Source: an uncultured delta proteobacterium | Lineage (GTDB): Bacteria > Desulfobacterota > Desulfomonilia > UBA1062 | DNA length: 64,000 nt | Direction: 5' to 3' | NCBI GenBank assembly: GCA_963847605.1 | Contig: CAWKAM010000008.1 | Span: 78,084 to 142,083 of the forward strand | Shown: piece after piece, positions 49,254-59,694 of the stretch | Numbering within the stretch: position 1 is the stretch's first letter | How the letters are laid out: each line of letters starts with the position of its first letter | Program-made: the position numbers and the translations under genes | The notes under the pieces: generated by a model | Seen by the model: the letters and a program-made list of their open reading frames with translations, nothing else | What the model was told of the DNA's origin: nothing | The model's database searches: none

Positions 49254-51686
49254 TTAAATTTCAGCCACAAAATCCTTTAGCCATGAGAGATCAACATCCA
49301 GAGCATCAATATCTATATACAGGTAACCGCCTCCTGCAGATACGGTAATGGGGTTTCCCATAGTATTAAGCACCAGAAATGGTTTAAACCCATCAAGACT
49401 CATAGTGAAAACCGGGTCTCCAGGAGCTTTCCCGAGCATTGTAGGCAATTGGCCGATAAGGTCATTCACGAGGGTGGAGTGATCAAAAACACCTAGTTTG
49501 CCTAGATTGTCCTTCATCACATGGAAATAACATTTGTCGGGTGTTGAACTGATATAAAATGCAAGCTCGTTGTTTTCTACATGCATATCAAGAATGATAT
49601 CAAGATCAACCGATGCCTGCCACTGGGCCTGCCCATTAAGGCGATATTCTAGGATTATATCATCAACCTCCATTCTTACCTGAGAAGAACGAAGATCAAA
49701 CACGGGCGGGACGCTGAAGCGCATTATGGTTTCCTGCGTATCGCTGCTGTTATTATCAAATCCAGGAAAATCTTTGCCTAAAATGGGATTTAATATTTCA
49801 TAGATATTCCATTCGAATCCACTTGTAAAAAGCTGAGTCAAAATCCAGTTAATATTATCCTGAGAGATTACCAGGCTCAGATTATCTCCTGCTGGCAGAC
49901 TCAAGTCCCATGTATAAGGTGTGAGTATGCCTTGGACATCGGGAAAATTGAGGCCTTGAGATCCGCTGTCGAAGAGGTCGATATTAAGAGATAATGGAGC
50001 CAGAATATTATCGATGCTTGTGGATAGATTATCTAAATTCGCAATAGTATCTTTTGCTAAAGCCTCAACTACGCGTTCCCCTAAGAAGTAATTCTTAAAG
50101 CTGACGACTGAAACATCCTGAATATCAAGAGTAAGAGTATATCCGCCAGAATTATTCGAGTATGTGGTTAAAAATGTAGCATCTATTGTGAGATCATTAT
50201 CCGTAGTGTTTATGAGAGAAAAGCCGAAGAGGGAGAGCGCACTGAAGTCTACATTTTTGATTGTGAAATCTGCCTGAATACTTTTAGTGCTGGGATTACC
50301 GGTATCCTGAATAGAAAGCGAATTTATTATAAAATCCGGTGTCTGTGAATCATTGTCCCCATAAGTTAATTTCGTAACAAGACCATTATATTGCTCCTTA
50401 ATCTTCTCAAAGGCCTTATCTGCCATAACCTGACAAAGGCCGGTAACAATTCCATTGAGATTAGATATATTAGCTGATTGATTCTGATGAACGCTTACCT
50501 GTACCGCGTCCTTTTCTGCAATATATAACCCTGCACCTAGGGCGAGGACATTTGATGATGTATCCCCCGGGACACCATAGAGATCTATGAAAATATATTT
50601 CGATAGATCCATGTTTTGCTTGTCAAATAAGGAACCAATGTCAACATTGGAGTTATTAACCGTAATGTTTAAAGGCAGTTGATCACCAATGGTACTGAAT
50701 AAAGACTGGAGATCCGCAACGAGGGGGGAGCGTTCAATGACTTTAAGTCCAGATGCAATTTTTTCCTCTATGACAGGCCTCAAGAAAAAATCATTTTGAA
50801 AAGAAACATGGGGGGATCCCAAGAAGTCAATAACCAGACCTCGCTTACCAGTACTCCCCTGATCCTCAAGCGCTACATACATATCTACTTTAAGATCATT
50901 ATTCTTGGTGGTAATGAAATCCTGACCATAAAGATTGATGGCTGAGAGGTTCACATCATGGATAGTGAATGCAAGATGAATTATGGCGGATGGATAGGTG
51001 TCATTGTGGACAGTCTCAAGGGTGTTGATTTCAATATTACCAGTACTTGGGTCATTGTCTCCATAGCTGAGACTCGGGATAATATCTGAATCCTGTGTCT
51101 TAATATAAGCAAAGGCTTCGCCTACGAACTTATCAAGCACAGAGGCTATCAGGTCACGATTTCCATTCAGCAAATCATTAGATATCTTCACTCCGATTCC
51201 ATTAAGAATCAGTTTATCACTGGCAACATCTTGGAAGGTCTTAAAAACGAACTTTTCTTTAGAAGCCCTCTTATTTTTATGGATTACTTGTACAAGTACA
51301 CTTGAATATAATCTGTCATTATCAATATTAAAGTCGGCTTGGTAAGTGTCGCCCTGTTTTATCGCTTCAACCTGATACACCCCGCCGTCACTTAAAAAAA
51401 CTTTGTCAATGCTGGAGCTGTCTCCTTGCACAATAGCGGCAAGCCGTATCTTGCCTGGCTCGACATATTGCCCGTCCTGCACTGTAACAAAATCACCGGA
51501 AGATGTCTGCATCTGAAGCTCGATAGGGTATGAATCCTGAAATCCTAATGCATCCACAGATGCCCCCGGATCGTCTATGGATTCACCGCTGATCTTATGT
51601 CCCGAACCGCCGCCTGAACATGATATAATGAAAAAGTGAAAGAGAATCACAACAATTAGTGTTGGAAAATGCTTATATCCATTCAT
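49254..51686 (-). CDS. large (810 aa) repeat-containing lipoprotein, hypothetical
   Basis: Lipobox FFIISCSGG. Two internal repeats of about 90 aa (YGDNDPSTGNIEINTL...FTIHDVNLSAINLYGQDF versus YGDNDSQTPDFIINSL...FTIKNVDFSALSLFGFSL). Lower GC. Confidence 0.5.
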   Translation of the reverse strand: MNGYKHFPTLIVVILFHFFIISCSGGGSGHKISGESIDDPGASVDALGFQDSYPIELQMQTSSGDFVTVQDGQYVEPGKIRLAAIVQGDSSSIDKVFLSDGGVYQVEAIKQGDTYQADFNIDNDRLYSSVLVQVIHKNKRASKEKFVFKTFQDVASDKLILNGIGVKISNDLLNGNRDLIASVLDKFVGEAFAYIKTQDSDIIPSLSYGDNDPSTGNIEINTLETVHNDTYPSAIIHLAFTIHDVNLSAINLYGQDFITTKNNDLKVDMYVALEDQGSTGKRGLVIDFLGSPHVSFQNDFFLRPVIEEKIASGLKVIERSPLVADLQSLFSTIGDQLPLNITVNNSNVDIGSLFDKQNMDLSKYIFIDLYGVPGDTSSNVLALGAGLYIAEKDAVQVSVHQNQSANISNLNGIVTGLCQVMADKAFEKIKEQYNGLVTKLTYGDNDSQTPDFIINSLSIQDTGNPSTKSIQADFTIKNVDFSALSLFGFSLINTTDNDLTIDATFLTTYSNNSGGYTLTLDIQDVSVVSFKNYFLGERVVEALAKDTIANLDNLSTSIDNILAPLSLNIDLFDSGSQGLNFPDVQGILTPYTWDLSLPAGDNLSLVISQDNINWILTQLFTSGFEWNIYEILNPILGKDFPGFDNNSSDTQETIMRFSVPPVFDLRSSQVRMEVDDIILEYRLNGQAQWQASVDLDIILDMHVENNELAFYISSTPDKCYFHVMKDNLGKLGVFDHSTLVNDLIGQLPTMLGKAPGDPVFTMSLDGFKPFLVLNTMGNPITVSAGGGYLYIDIDALDVDLSWLKDFVAEI

Positions 51687-52232
51687 GTGATCATTCTCTC
51701 TTTCACATCAAACTCATGATAACCAAATTGGACATCAGCTCCCTATATCTTAAACCACCCAGCAATAATTCTTGCACATGTGACAAGATTATATCACATG
51801 TTCACAAACAGTTAGTCAATAATGAATTCTCATTACTTTAAATGACTACTAAGTTTTATTCTTGCAATATTCATTCCTCACATGTGGTGATGGTTTTCTT
51901 AAAATATGCCCGATAAGACTCATAAGTAACATTCTGTGTTAATTGTGTTTCTTCACAATTTCTCCTCGGAACAATGTTGATGTTAATAGAGGACCATCAC
52001 TGAGAAACATAATAAAAGGGAAATATTTTTCTCATGAATTAGATTTTTTTCCTCTTTCGACAGCGATCCAAATTTAAAGAAAATAGAATCTTCGATGATT
52101 ACCCTGGATATTCTATCAGATTCTTAAAAATACTTTGACATACATTCATGACAGCGATAATGGTGCACATATTGCATTTAATATAATTACATAGTTAATA
52201 GAAAAACATGCATACATATTCAGGGGGATGCT

Positions 52233-53147
52233 ATGAAGATGTTTTTATGGGGAATCGTCATCTGGTCGCTCCTTACTGCCTGCAGTAGTGACAGTATCTT
52301 CCAGGGGATTTCTCAAAATTCAAGTCATGATGCAAAGATCGAGGATGCAGCAATAGCAATTGATAATTCAGATTATGATGATGCAATCACCGAGCTTAGC
52401 GTTATGTATAATACCACCACCTCACCTGATCCCAAAGTTGGACCATTGCTGGCTTCGGCATACATGGGAAGGGCAGGGGTTGACCTCACCAACTTCATAG
52501 CTAATTTCACGAGTTCGGGTCTTGTTCCACTTGACCTCGTTGCTTTTATGATCTCTTCATCTAAAGTCACAATCAATGGCAATGGAAGATATCTTGATGG
52601 TACAGAAGTGCCTGGTTTCCTCGGCGACCTATCCGCAGCTGAATCAACGCTCCAGGCCCTCGTTACCAAAGGGAACGCTACTAATGACGATGAGATTCAA
52701 CTCGGCATGGCCTCAGCAGTACATTTCATCATGAATATGGGTAATAAGACAGCAAATGCACTAAATACTACATTGAATCAAACGTATGTCACAGCGCAAC
52801 CCGGTATAGTACCTGTTCCTATTAATGCTGCGGCTTACCAATTTTACAGTACATCGAAGGATTATTACTGGAGCTCAGTTGGTCCAAGTAGTTACAGAGA
52901 AAATGTTGCCAGCGGGGCTGTACTTTCCTTTCAAGAGGATCTTATAAACATCAACAACGCCATTATTGCCTTCAATAAGGCATTCCCGAAACCGAGTGAA
53001 AAGAACAAGATGAAAGACAACCTAAATGCCTTCCTTTATTCGGCTCTCGGAATTACATCGGATGAACCCGTAACCGATGAACTCATACTGGCTTACACAA
53101 CAGCAGAAATAAATGCATATGTACAAAGACTCGCGACACAACAATGA
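52233..53147 (+). CDS. lipoprotein, hypothetical
   Basis: Lipobox LLTACSS. 304 aa. Confidence 0.45.
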   Translation: MKMFLWGIVIWSLLTACSSDSIFQGISQNSSHDAKIEDAAIAIDNSDYDDAITELSVMYNTTTSPDPKVGPLLASAYMGRAGVDLTNFIANFTSSGLVPLDLVAFMISSSKVTINGNGRYLDGTEVPGFLGDLSAAESTLQALVTKGNATNDDEIQLGMASAVHFIMNMGNKTANALNTTLNQTYVTAQPGIVPVPINAAAYQFYSTSKDYYWSSVGPSSYRENVASGAVLSFQEDLININNAIIAFNKAFPKPSEKNKMKDNLNAFLYSALGITSDEPVTDELILAYTTAEINAYVQRLATQQ

Positions 53148-53175
53148 TCGAATATATGGTATCCGGGGGTCATTC

Positions 53176-54243
53176 ATGAAGAAGTGTTTTGTATTTACAT
53201 CTGTTTTATTGTTTTTGTTCTCGTGGAACACTTACGCAAATGAGTTACCATACATATACAAGGGGGCAAGGCCTCTGGGAATGGGAGGTGCATTCATCGC
53301 ACTCTCAAATGATGCAAATGCTCTGTTTTACAATCCTGCAGGACTTGCTGATATCAAAGAAAACCAGTTATCTCTTGTGGGCATCGAGATTGAATCCGAT
53401 AGTGGGGGATACAAGTTCACTGATGATGCTTTGAAAGTCGACTTCGATAATTCAAAGAAAGTGGCTCAATTCCTGCAGGGACATATAGGTGATTACGGTC
53501 ATGTTGCAGCATCCTTCTTTCCAACCTATTCTAGCCCTAACTTTGCCTTCGGCCTCATAAGTTCTGCAAGATCCAACATCCAGGTCCGAGACAGGCAGTA
53601 TCCGAAATTAGATGTCGATGCCATTGGGGATGGAGGGGTATGTACAGGGTTTGCTCACTCTTTCCTTGATAACAGCCTTCTTGTCGGCGCAAATCTGAAA
53701 TACATCTACAGGGAAAGTCTTGAACATGAGTACAGTATTTCAGACATGACAACAACTGGATTCAAAGACCGGGTTCGGGATGATATTAATCATGGAAGCG
53801 GATTGCTGCTTGATCTCGGGATGATATATAAAATCCAGGGCGCCCAGGAGGGAAGCGACCAGGGGCCTCTCCAATTAGGGATAAGCATAAATAATCTCAT
53901 CGGGAATAAATTCGGAAAATTTGAAGATATCGACCCCCATGTTGACCTTGGTGTTTCCAAACGTATTGGAAACATAACATTAGCAGCCGACTATGTGGAT
54001 ATCTTCGGTCAGTTAGGAGAAGATCAGGACGTGGGGAAACGCATCCATCTCGGCCTGGAATATGCTGCCACCAAGATACTCAACCTGAGGACAGGGATTT
54101 ATCAGGGTTACTTGACTTTTGGTATAGGCCTCGATACGAAACAGCTACAAATTGATATGCTCATGTATACGGAAGAAGTCGGTACTTATTCCGGACAGCA
54201 GAGAGATAGACGTTACATGCTGAGCTTTGGACTCGAGATTTGA
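53176..54243 (+). CDS. FadL/TodX/OmpP1-like outer-membrane hydrophobic-compound channel (short)
   Basis: After the signal peptide, GARPLGMGGAFIALSNDANALFYNPAGLA matches the FadL N-terminal hatch motif ([25 protein letters not shown] in E. coli FadL). Ends in a C-terminal aromatic residue. Confidence 0.5.
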   Translation: MKKCFVFTSVLLFLFSWNTYANELPYIYKGARPLGMGGAFIALSNDANALFYNPAGLADIKENQLSLVGIEIESDSGGYKFTDDALKVDFDNSKKVAQFLQGHIGDYGHVAASFFPTYSSPNFAFGLISSARSNIQVRDRQYPKLDVDAIGDGGVCTGFAHSFLDNSLLVGANLKYIYRESLEHEYSISDMTTTGFKDRVRDDINHGSGLLLDLGMIYKIQGAQEGSDQGPLQLGISINNLIGNKFGKFEDIDPHVDLGVSKRIGNITLAADYVDIFGQLGEDQDVGKRIHLGLEYAATKILNLRTGIYQGYLTFGIGLDTKQLQIDMLMYTEEVGTYSGQQRDRRYMLSFGLEI

Positions 54244-54292
54244 TTGTATATCTACCAGCCATACCGTTATAAGTGAATATAGAAATTCAGTA

Positions 54293-54946
54293 ATGACTAA
54301 TGTTGTAATCGACGAAGTCTTCAAAGCCCTCTCGCTGGAGGTAGGCAAGTTACAGGAACCCATAGTCGGCAGGGTTGCACGGGATAACAACCCATTCAAG
54401 GTACTCATCTCCACCATGCTCTCCCTGAGGACTAAGGATATCACCACCGAACATGCATTTAGAAGGTTGACCGCCATTGCTTCATCCCCTGAAGAAATAT
54501 CTCATCTGCCGTTGGAAGCCATTGAAAAGGCCATCTTTCCAGTCGGCTTTTATAAGACAAAGGCCAAGAACATCAAGGAAACATCTAAGATCATCATTAA
54601 GAAACATCATGGCAAGGTTCCCGGAGATTTCAATGATCTCTTATCACTCCCCGGGGTCGGAAGAAAGACGGCAAACCTTGTCATGATCCTCGGCTTTGAT
54701 GAACTTGGCATCTGTGTAGATACGCATGTCCATAGGATTACGAACCGCTGGGGATATGTTTCAACCAAAACACCGGATGAAACCGAGATGAAGCTCCGGG
54801 AGATCCTTCCAAGACAATACTGGAAGGACATAAACAACTACCTGGTACCCTATGGCCAGTATATATGTGTCCCTGTGAGCCCACATTGCTCACGATGCAA
54901 GCTCATCACCTATTGCAGTCGGATAGGTGTCAGATCATCACGATAA
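54293..54946 (+). CDS. nth: endonuclease III (HhH-GPD, 4Fe-4S)
   Basis: LPGVGRKTANLVM HhH motif. Cx6Cx2Cx5C cluster (CVPVSPHCSRCKLITYC). Confidence 0.8.
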   Translation: MTNVVIDEVFKALSLEVGKLQEPIVGRVARDNNPFKVLISTMLSLRTKDITTEHAFRRLTAIASSPEEISHLPLEAIEKAIFPVGFYKTKAKNIKETSKIIIKKHHGKVPGDFNDLLSLPGVGRKTANLVMILGFDELGICVDTHVHRITNRWGYVSTKTPDETEMKLREILPRQYWKDINNYLVPYGQYICVPVSPHCSRCKLITYCSRIGVRSSR

Positions 54947-55026
54947 TGCCCGCCGTATCTCTTATTTTCAAAGACCCCTAAGGCTTTACAGATCTTTTCG
55001 CTAAGATCCCGTCTTCACTGTAATTA

Positions 55027-55776
55027 TTGACGCACAAGGTCGACTATGCTACTGATGCACCTATTGTGAGAATTCCTATACGGGTAGCCCTGGCCATTCT
55101 ATGGAGATCCTTGTTTATTCAGGCTGCTTGGAATTTCAAAGGAATGCAGAACATCGGGTTCACCCATGCAATTCTCCCCGGACTCAAATACCTGATACCT
55201 GAGAGACTGCCAGAGGCTATTAAGCACTACATTCCATTCTTCAACACCCAGCCATACATGGCCCCAACTGCGATCGGGGTATTTCTCCACCTTCACAAAC
55301 AAGGGAACGAAGAGCTGGTTGAGAAGATCAGCCCCTCACTGACCGGGTCCCTTGCCGCTATCGGCGATACCTTTTTCTGGGCCACACTGAAACCCATTCT
55401 GGCCCTGGCACTCCTGATTTCAGCCATAATGGATCAGCTTTGGGGGCTCTTCGTTGCCCTTGTTCTCTATGATTCCGTGCACATATGGATTATGGCAAGG
55501 GGCTTTTATCAGGGATACCGATATGGGCCACAAGGCGCCCTCGCGCTGGGACACATACTCTCCATTGACTTTTCCAAGCATATTTCCCTCTTAATCCCAT
55601 TTCTCTCCGGAGTTGTTCTTTGCCTTGCACCAAAATGGATCGGAGACGGCCATGCTCTCATAGCCGGACTCTTCATCTTTGTCACAAGTATATTCCTTAT
55701 AAAACTGCGCGTGAACATATTCTGGTTAGTATATGGAGTATTTACACTATCCATGTTATGGACTATGCTACGATGA
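55027..55776 (+). CDS. PTS mannose/fructose/sorbose family EIID component
   Basis: WRSLFIQAAWNFKGMQNIGF...FFNTQPYMAP matches the ManZ/EIID N-terminal signature. TTG start. Confidence 0.7.
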   Translation: MTHKVDYATDAPIVRIPIRVALAILWRSLFIQAAWNFKGMQNIGFTHAILPGLKYLIPERLPEAIKHYIPFFNTQPYMAPTAIGVFLHLHKQGNEELVEKISPSLTGSLAAIGDTFFWATLKPILALALLISAIMDQLWGLFVALVLYDSVHIWIMARGFYQGYRYGPQGALALGHILSIDFSKHISLLIPFLSGVVLCLAPKWIGDGHALIAGLFIFVTSIFLIKLRVNIFWLVYGVFTLSMLWTMLR

Positions 55777-56039
55777 AAGAAGAGCATGTCACCATAGTGA
55801 ATAAACTTGGTATGCACGCCCGATCAGCTGCATTATTCTCCAAGCAGGCCTCGGGATTTTCCTCAAAAGTAGAGGTGATAAAAGATCATATGAAGGTGAA
55901 TGGGAAGAGCATTATGGAACTGCTCACTATTGCCGCAGTGAAAGGATCCAAGATCATCATCCGCACAGACGGCAATGACGAAGAGGATGCCATTAAATCA
56001 CTTATATCTTTGGTAAAAGACGGATTCGGGGAACGATGA
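55773..56039 (+). CDS. ptsH: phosphocarrier protein HPr
   Basis: GMHARSA (His15 region) and KSIMELL (Ser46 region). 88 aa. Start overlaps the EIID stop (ATGA). Confidence 0.85.
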   Translation: MKEEHVTIVNKLGMHARSAALFSKQASGFSSKVEVIKDHMKVNGKSIMELLTIAAVKGSKIIIRTDGNDEEDAIKSLISLVKDGFGER

Positions 56040-57808
56040 TGTCACAACAACAGGTCCATATCCTCCACGGCGTTCCCGCATCAGCAGGCATTGCCATCGG
56101 TCAAGCGGTTGTCATAGATACGAAAAAAATCGAGCGGTATCCCAAGCTTCGTGTTTCCGAAGACCGGGTGGAAGATGAACTCAAGCGTTTTGATGATGCC
56201 ACGGTCCTCTCCCAGAAGCAAATCGGCGAGGCTATTCGTATTCTGGAGTCGCATAATGTTATAAAAGAACATTCTCTCATCCTTGAGACCCACCTCCTCA
56301 TGCTGAAAGACCCGGCCCTCATTGACCGGGTGAAACAACTCATATCCGAAGATTATATTAATGCAGAGTGGGCCTTGAAAATTGCCATCCAAGAAATAGA
56401 GCAAGCCTTTGAGGCTATTGATGACGACTATATCAAAAGCAGGGTAACCGATACTACATTTGTCGGCGAACGTCTGCTACGAAACCTTATCGGGAAAATG
56501 ACCAGCGGGTTTCATCTCCTCGATAACAGCATCATCGTAGCACACGATCTCTCTCCTGCTGATACTGCCATGCTCAATAAGAACAAAGTGATGGGTTTTG
56601 CGACAGATGTCGGCGGCCTTACCTCACACACGGCCATCATCGCCCACTCACTCGAGATACCGGCAGTCGTGGGCCTTGAGAACGCATCATCCGTTATCAA
56701 TCCGGGAGACAACCTGATCCTTGACGGTATCTCAGGGGTCGTCATCGTCAACCCTTCCGAGTCCCAGGTCCATGAATATCAGAACAGGGCAAGGTCTTAC
56801 CTGAGCCTTGAACTGAAGCTGAAGGAAAAGGCCAAGGAACCTGCTATTACCAAGGACGGCAAGTATATAAAGGTCAAGGGTAACCTTGAGTTCAAGGAAG
56901 AGGTAAAGACCGTCCTTGATCACGGGGCAGAAGGGATCGGCCTGTACCGAACGGAATTCCTGTACCTCATCCGCAAAGAGATCCCCACTGAAGAGGACCA
57001 TTTCGAGGCATACAAGACAGTTGTGGAAACAGTCTCTCCCTTCAATACCATCATCCGCACCCTGGATCTAGGAGGAGATAAATTCTACTCCAGCTTGAGT
57101 AGGATCATCAGCGAGAGAAACCCTGTCATGGGGCTGCGTGCCATTAGACTGTGCCTCAAGGAGGTGGATATCTTCAAGACACAGCTAAGAGGCATTCTCA
57201 GAGCGAGTCACTATGGCAACACCTCCATCATGTTCCCCATGATCTCCGGCATGGAAGAACTTGCAAAGGCCAAGGAGATCCTCGAAGATACCAAACTGAG
57301 CCTGAAAAAAGACGGCATCCCCTTTGACGAGAATATCCGGGTAGGGATAATGATCGAAGTCCCATCTGCAGCGGTCATTGCGGATATCTTTGCAAAAGAG
57401 GTGGATTTCTTCAGCCTCGGCACAAACGACCTCATACAGTACTCTATCGCCATCGACCGCGGCAATGAATATGTGAACTACCTCTATGAGCCTCTGCATC
57501 CTGGTGTGCTGCGCCTTATCCAATTTACCGTCGATGCCGCGCATAACGCAGGCATCCCCGTGTCCATGTGCGGTGAGATGGCCGGGCGAGAGATCTATAC
57601 CCCTATCCTTTTAGGTATGGGTATTGATTCGCTCTCAACAAATGCCTTTGCCATTTCCCACGTAAAAGAGATGGCCCGGAAGATCAGTATTGAGAAGTGT
57701 AAGGGCATCGTGAGCCACATCTTTGAGATGAAGACCGCTGCCGAAATTTATGAATTCATGAGCAAAGAGATGATGGAAAATGCTCACGACATCTTCGAGC
57801 TCGCCTGA
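56036..57808 (+). CDS. ptsI: phosphoenolpyruvate-protein phosphotransferase (Enzyme I)
   Basis: GGLTSHTAIIAHSLEIPAVVG phosphohistidine motif. 590 aa. Confidence 0.85.
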   Translation: MMSQQQVHILHGVPASAGIAIGQAVVIDTKKIERYPKLRVSEDRVEDELKRFDDATVLSQKQIGEAIRILESHNVIKEHSLILETHLLMLKDPALIDRVKQLISEDYINAEWALKIAIQEIEQAFEAIDDDYIKSRVTDTTFVGERLLRNLIGKMTSGFHLLDNSIIVAHDLSPADTAMLNKNKVMGFATDVGGLTSHTAIIAHSLEIPAVVGLENASSVINPGDNLILDGISGVVIVNPSESQVHEYQNRARSYLSLELKLKEKAKEPAITKDGKYIKVKGNLEFKEEVKTVLDHGAEGIGLYRTEFLYLIRKEIPTEEDHFEAYKTVVETVSPFNTIIRTLDLGGDKFYSSLSRIISERNPVMGLRAIRLCLKEVDIFKTQLRGILRASHYGNTSIMFPMISGMEELAKAKEILEDTKLSLKKDGIPFDENIRVGIMIEVPSAAVIADIFAKEVDFFSLGTNDLIQYSIAIDRGNEYVNYLYEPLHPGVLRLIQFTVDAAHNAGIPVSMCGEMAGREIYTPILLGMGIDSLSTNAFAISHVKEMARKISIEKCKGIVSHIFEMKTAAEIYEFMSKEMMENAHDIFELA

Positions 57809-57844
57809 TACCCCTCTGATCACCCTTGAAAAGAGGCATTATCG

Positions 57845-58309
57845 ATGAAGGACCCTGAAGCCAAAAAGAAACTGTGCCTCAATAAGACCGCCAGGCATTC
57901 TTACGAAATCATCGAGACCATCGAAACAGGTATTGTGCTCGGTGGGCCCGAGGTCAAGTCACTCAGAAACGGCGGGGGAAATATCAAGGACAGCTATGCC
58001 CAGGTAAGAGGCGCGGAAGTATTTCTGAATAATTTTCATATCAGCCCATATGCACAAGCATCCATTTTCAATTATGATCCCACCAGGCCGAGAAAACTCC
58101 TCCTGCACAGACGAGAGATCATCAGGCTTGCCGCCAAGGTAAAGGAAAAGGGACTCACCTTGATCCCTTTAAGCCTCTACCTCAAGGGCAATCGCATCAA
58201 GGTGGAGCTGGGACTTGCAAAAGGCCGGCGCGCCCATAGTAAAAAAGAGGCCATCAAGGAAAGGGATATCCAGAGGGAGGCGGCAAGAGAGGTGAAATCG
58301 TGGAGATAA
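57845..58309 (+). CDS. smpB: SsrA-binding protein
   Basis: 154 aa. NKTARHSYEI...GGPEVKS...LLLHRREI signature of SmpB. Confidence 0.85.
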   Translation: MKDPEAKKKLCLNKTARHSYEIIETIETGIVLGGPEVKSLRNGGGNIKDSYAQVRGAEVFLNNFHISPYAQASIFNYDPTRPRKLLLHRREIIRLAAKVKEKGLTLIPLSLYLKGNRIKVELGLAKGRRAHSKKEAIKERDIQREAAREVKSWR

Positions 58310-59694
58310 AGAAAAGAGATATCGACTGTGAACGGCTGTTGAAAAGGTCTCTGGCCAATGGTGGTGACTTTGCCGAGCTCTACATCGAGCAGAGAAAGGG
58401 TACATCCATCATCTGTGAGGCGCATAAGATAGAGAAATTTCTGATTACCGATGAGTCAGGGATTGCCTTGAGGGTTGTTATGGGAGGGCGATCCGCCTAT
58501 GCCTATACAAATGATGCATCTTCGCTGGATGAGCTGGCCGATACCGTAGCCTCGGCAGTGAAGGCCGGTGGCTTCTCAGGTTCCATATCGCTGATGAAGA
58601 GACCATCTGCCTCGGTAGTCCTCATGAAAATCGACCCGGTGACGGTTGATGCCCAAGAAAAGATCGCACTCGTACGGAAGGCCGAAGCAATTGCATGGGG
58701 AATGGACAACTCTGTAATACAGGTCAAGGTGATATATGGAGATGGGTCAAGAAACGTCTTCATTGCAAACTCCTTGGGATTCATGGCTGAAGACTCCCGC
58801 GACTCCATGATCTTCGTCGTCCAGGGGATAGTTGCCAGGGATTCACTCATGGAGACCGGTTATGAACCCGTCGGGGGTACACGAGGGTTTGAACTGCTTA
58901 AAGAGATCCCCCCTGAAGAAATTGCCCAAAGGGCCATCAGCAGGGCATTGAAAACTATAACGGCAAGACGGGCTCCTGCCGGTACCATGCCGGTCGTTCT
59001 CTCCAGCGATGCGGGCGGCACAATGGTGCACGAGGCTATCGGACACGGCCTTGAAGCAGACCTTGCCGGAGAAGGTCTTTCGGTCTACTCCGGCAAGATC
59101 GGCCAACAGGTAGCATCACCGGCTGTTACCGTGATCGACGATGGCACCATAAAGGGCCTGCGCGGCAGCATGGGCTGCGATGACGAGGGCAGCCCGACCG
59201 AACGGTCGGTCTTGGTGGAGCGTGGCATCCTCAAAGGGTTTATGACCGACCTTATCACCGCTTCCAAGCTCGGGTTACCGCTCACCGGGAATGCCAGGAG
59301 GGAATCCTATCGTCACAGGCCCATACCACGCATGTCAAATACCATGATCCAGCCGGGAACCCTGAACCCGGAAGATATCATCAAAAAAGCCCATACGGGG
59401 ATCTTCGTGAAGAAGATGGGCGGCGGCCAGGTGAACACCGTAACAGGTGACTTTGTCTTTAACGTTTCCGAAGGGTACCTTATTGAAAACGGGATCGTGG
59501 GTGAATCCATCAGGGGGGCAACTCTCATAGGGAACGGTCCTAAAATCCTGAATTCAATAGAGTTGGTGGGCAGTGACCTCGGTTATGGAATCGGTACATG
59601 CGGGAAAGACGGCCAGGGTGTTCCAGTAGCCGATGCCCAACCTACCCTGCTCATTCCTGAAATCACTGTGGGGGGTGAGATCCGTAATGAATAA
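58300..59694 (+). CDS. tldD: TldD/PmbA family metalloprotease
   Basis: HEAIGHGLEAD metal-binding motif. 464 aa. Confidence 0.8.
   Translation: MEIKKRDIDCERLLKRSLANGGDFAELYIEQRKGTSIICEAHKIEKFLITDESGIALRVVMGGRSAYAYTNDASSLDELADTVASAVKAGGFSGSISLMKRPSASVVLMKIDPVTVDAQEKIALVRKAEAIAWGMDNSVIQVKVIYGDGSRNVFIANSLGFMAEDSRDSMIFVVQGIVARDSLMETGYEPVGGTRGFELLKEIPPEEIAQRAISRALKTITARRAPAGTMPVVLSSDAGGTMVHEAIGHGLEADLAGEGLSVYSGKIGQQVASPAVTVIDDGTIKGLRGSMGCDDEGSPTERSVLVERGILKGFMTDLITASKLGLPLTGNARRESYRHRPIPRMSNTMIQPGTLNPEDIIKKAHTGIFVKKMGGGQVNTVTGDFVFNVSEGYLIENGIVGESIRGATLIGNGPKILNSIELVGSDLGYGIGTCGKDGQGVPVADAQPTLLIPEITVGGEIRNE

Noticed and set aside
57809-58320. Looked for ssrA (tmRNA) next to smpB, as is common.
   Set aside because: No T-arm/acceptor 3' end or tag-frame signature either side of smpB. 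Downstream is immediately tldD (overlapping), and upstream is ptsI with a 36-nt spacer.
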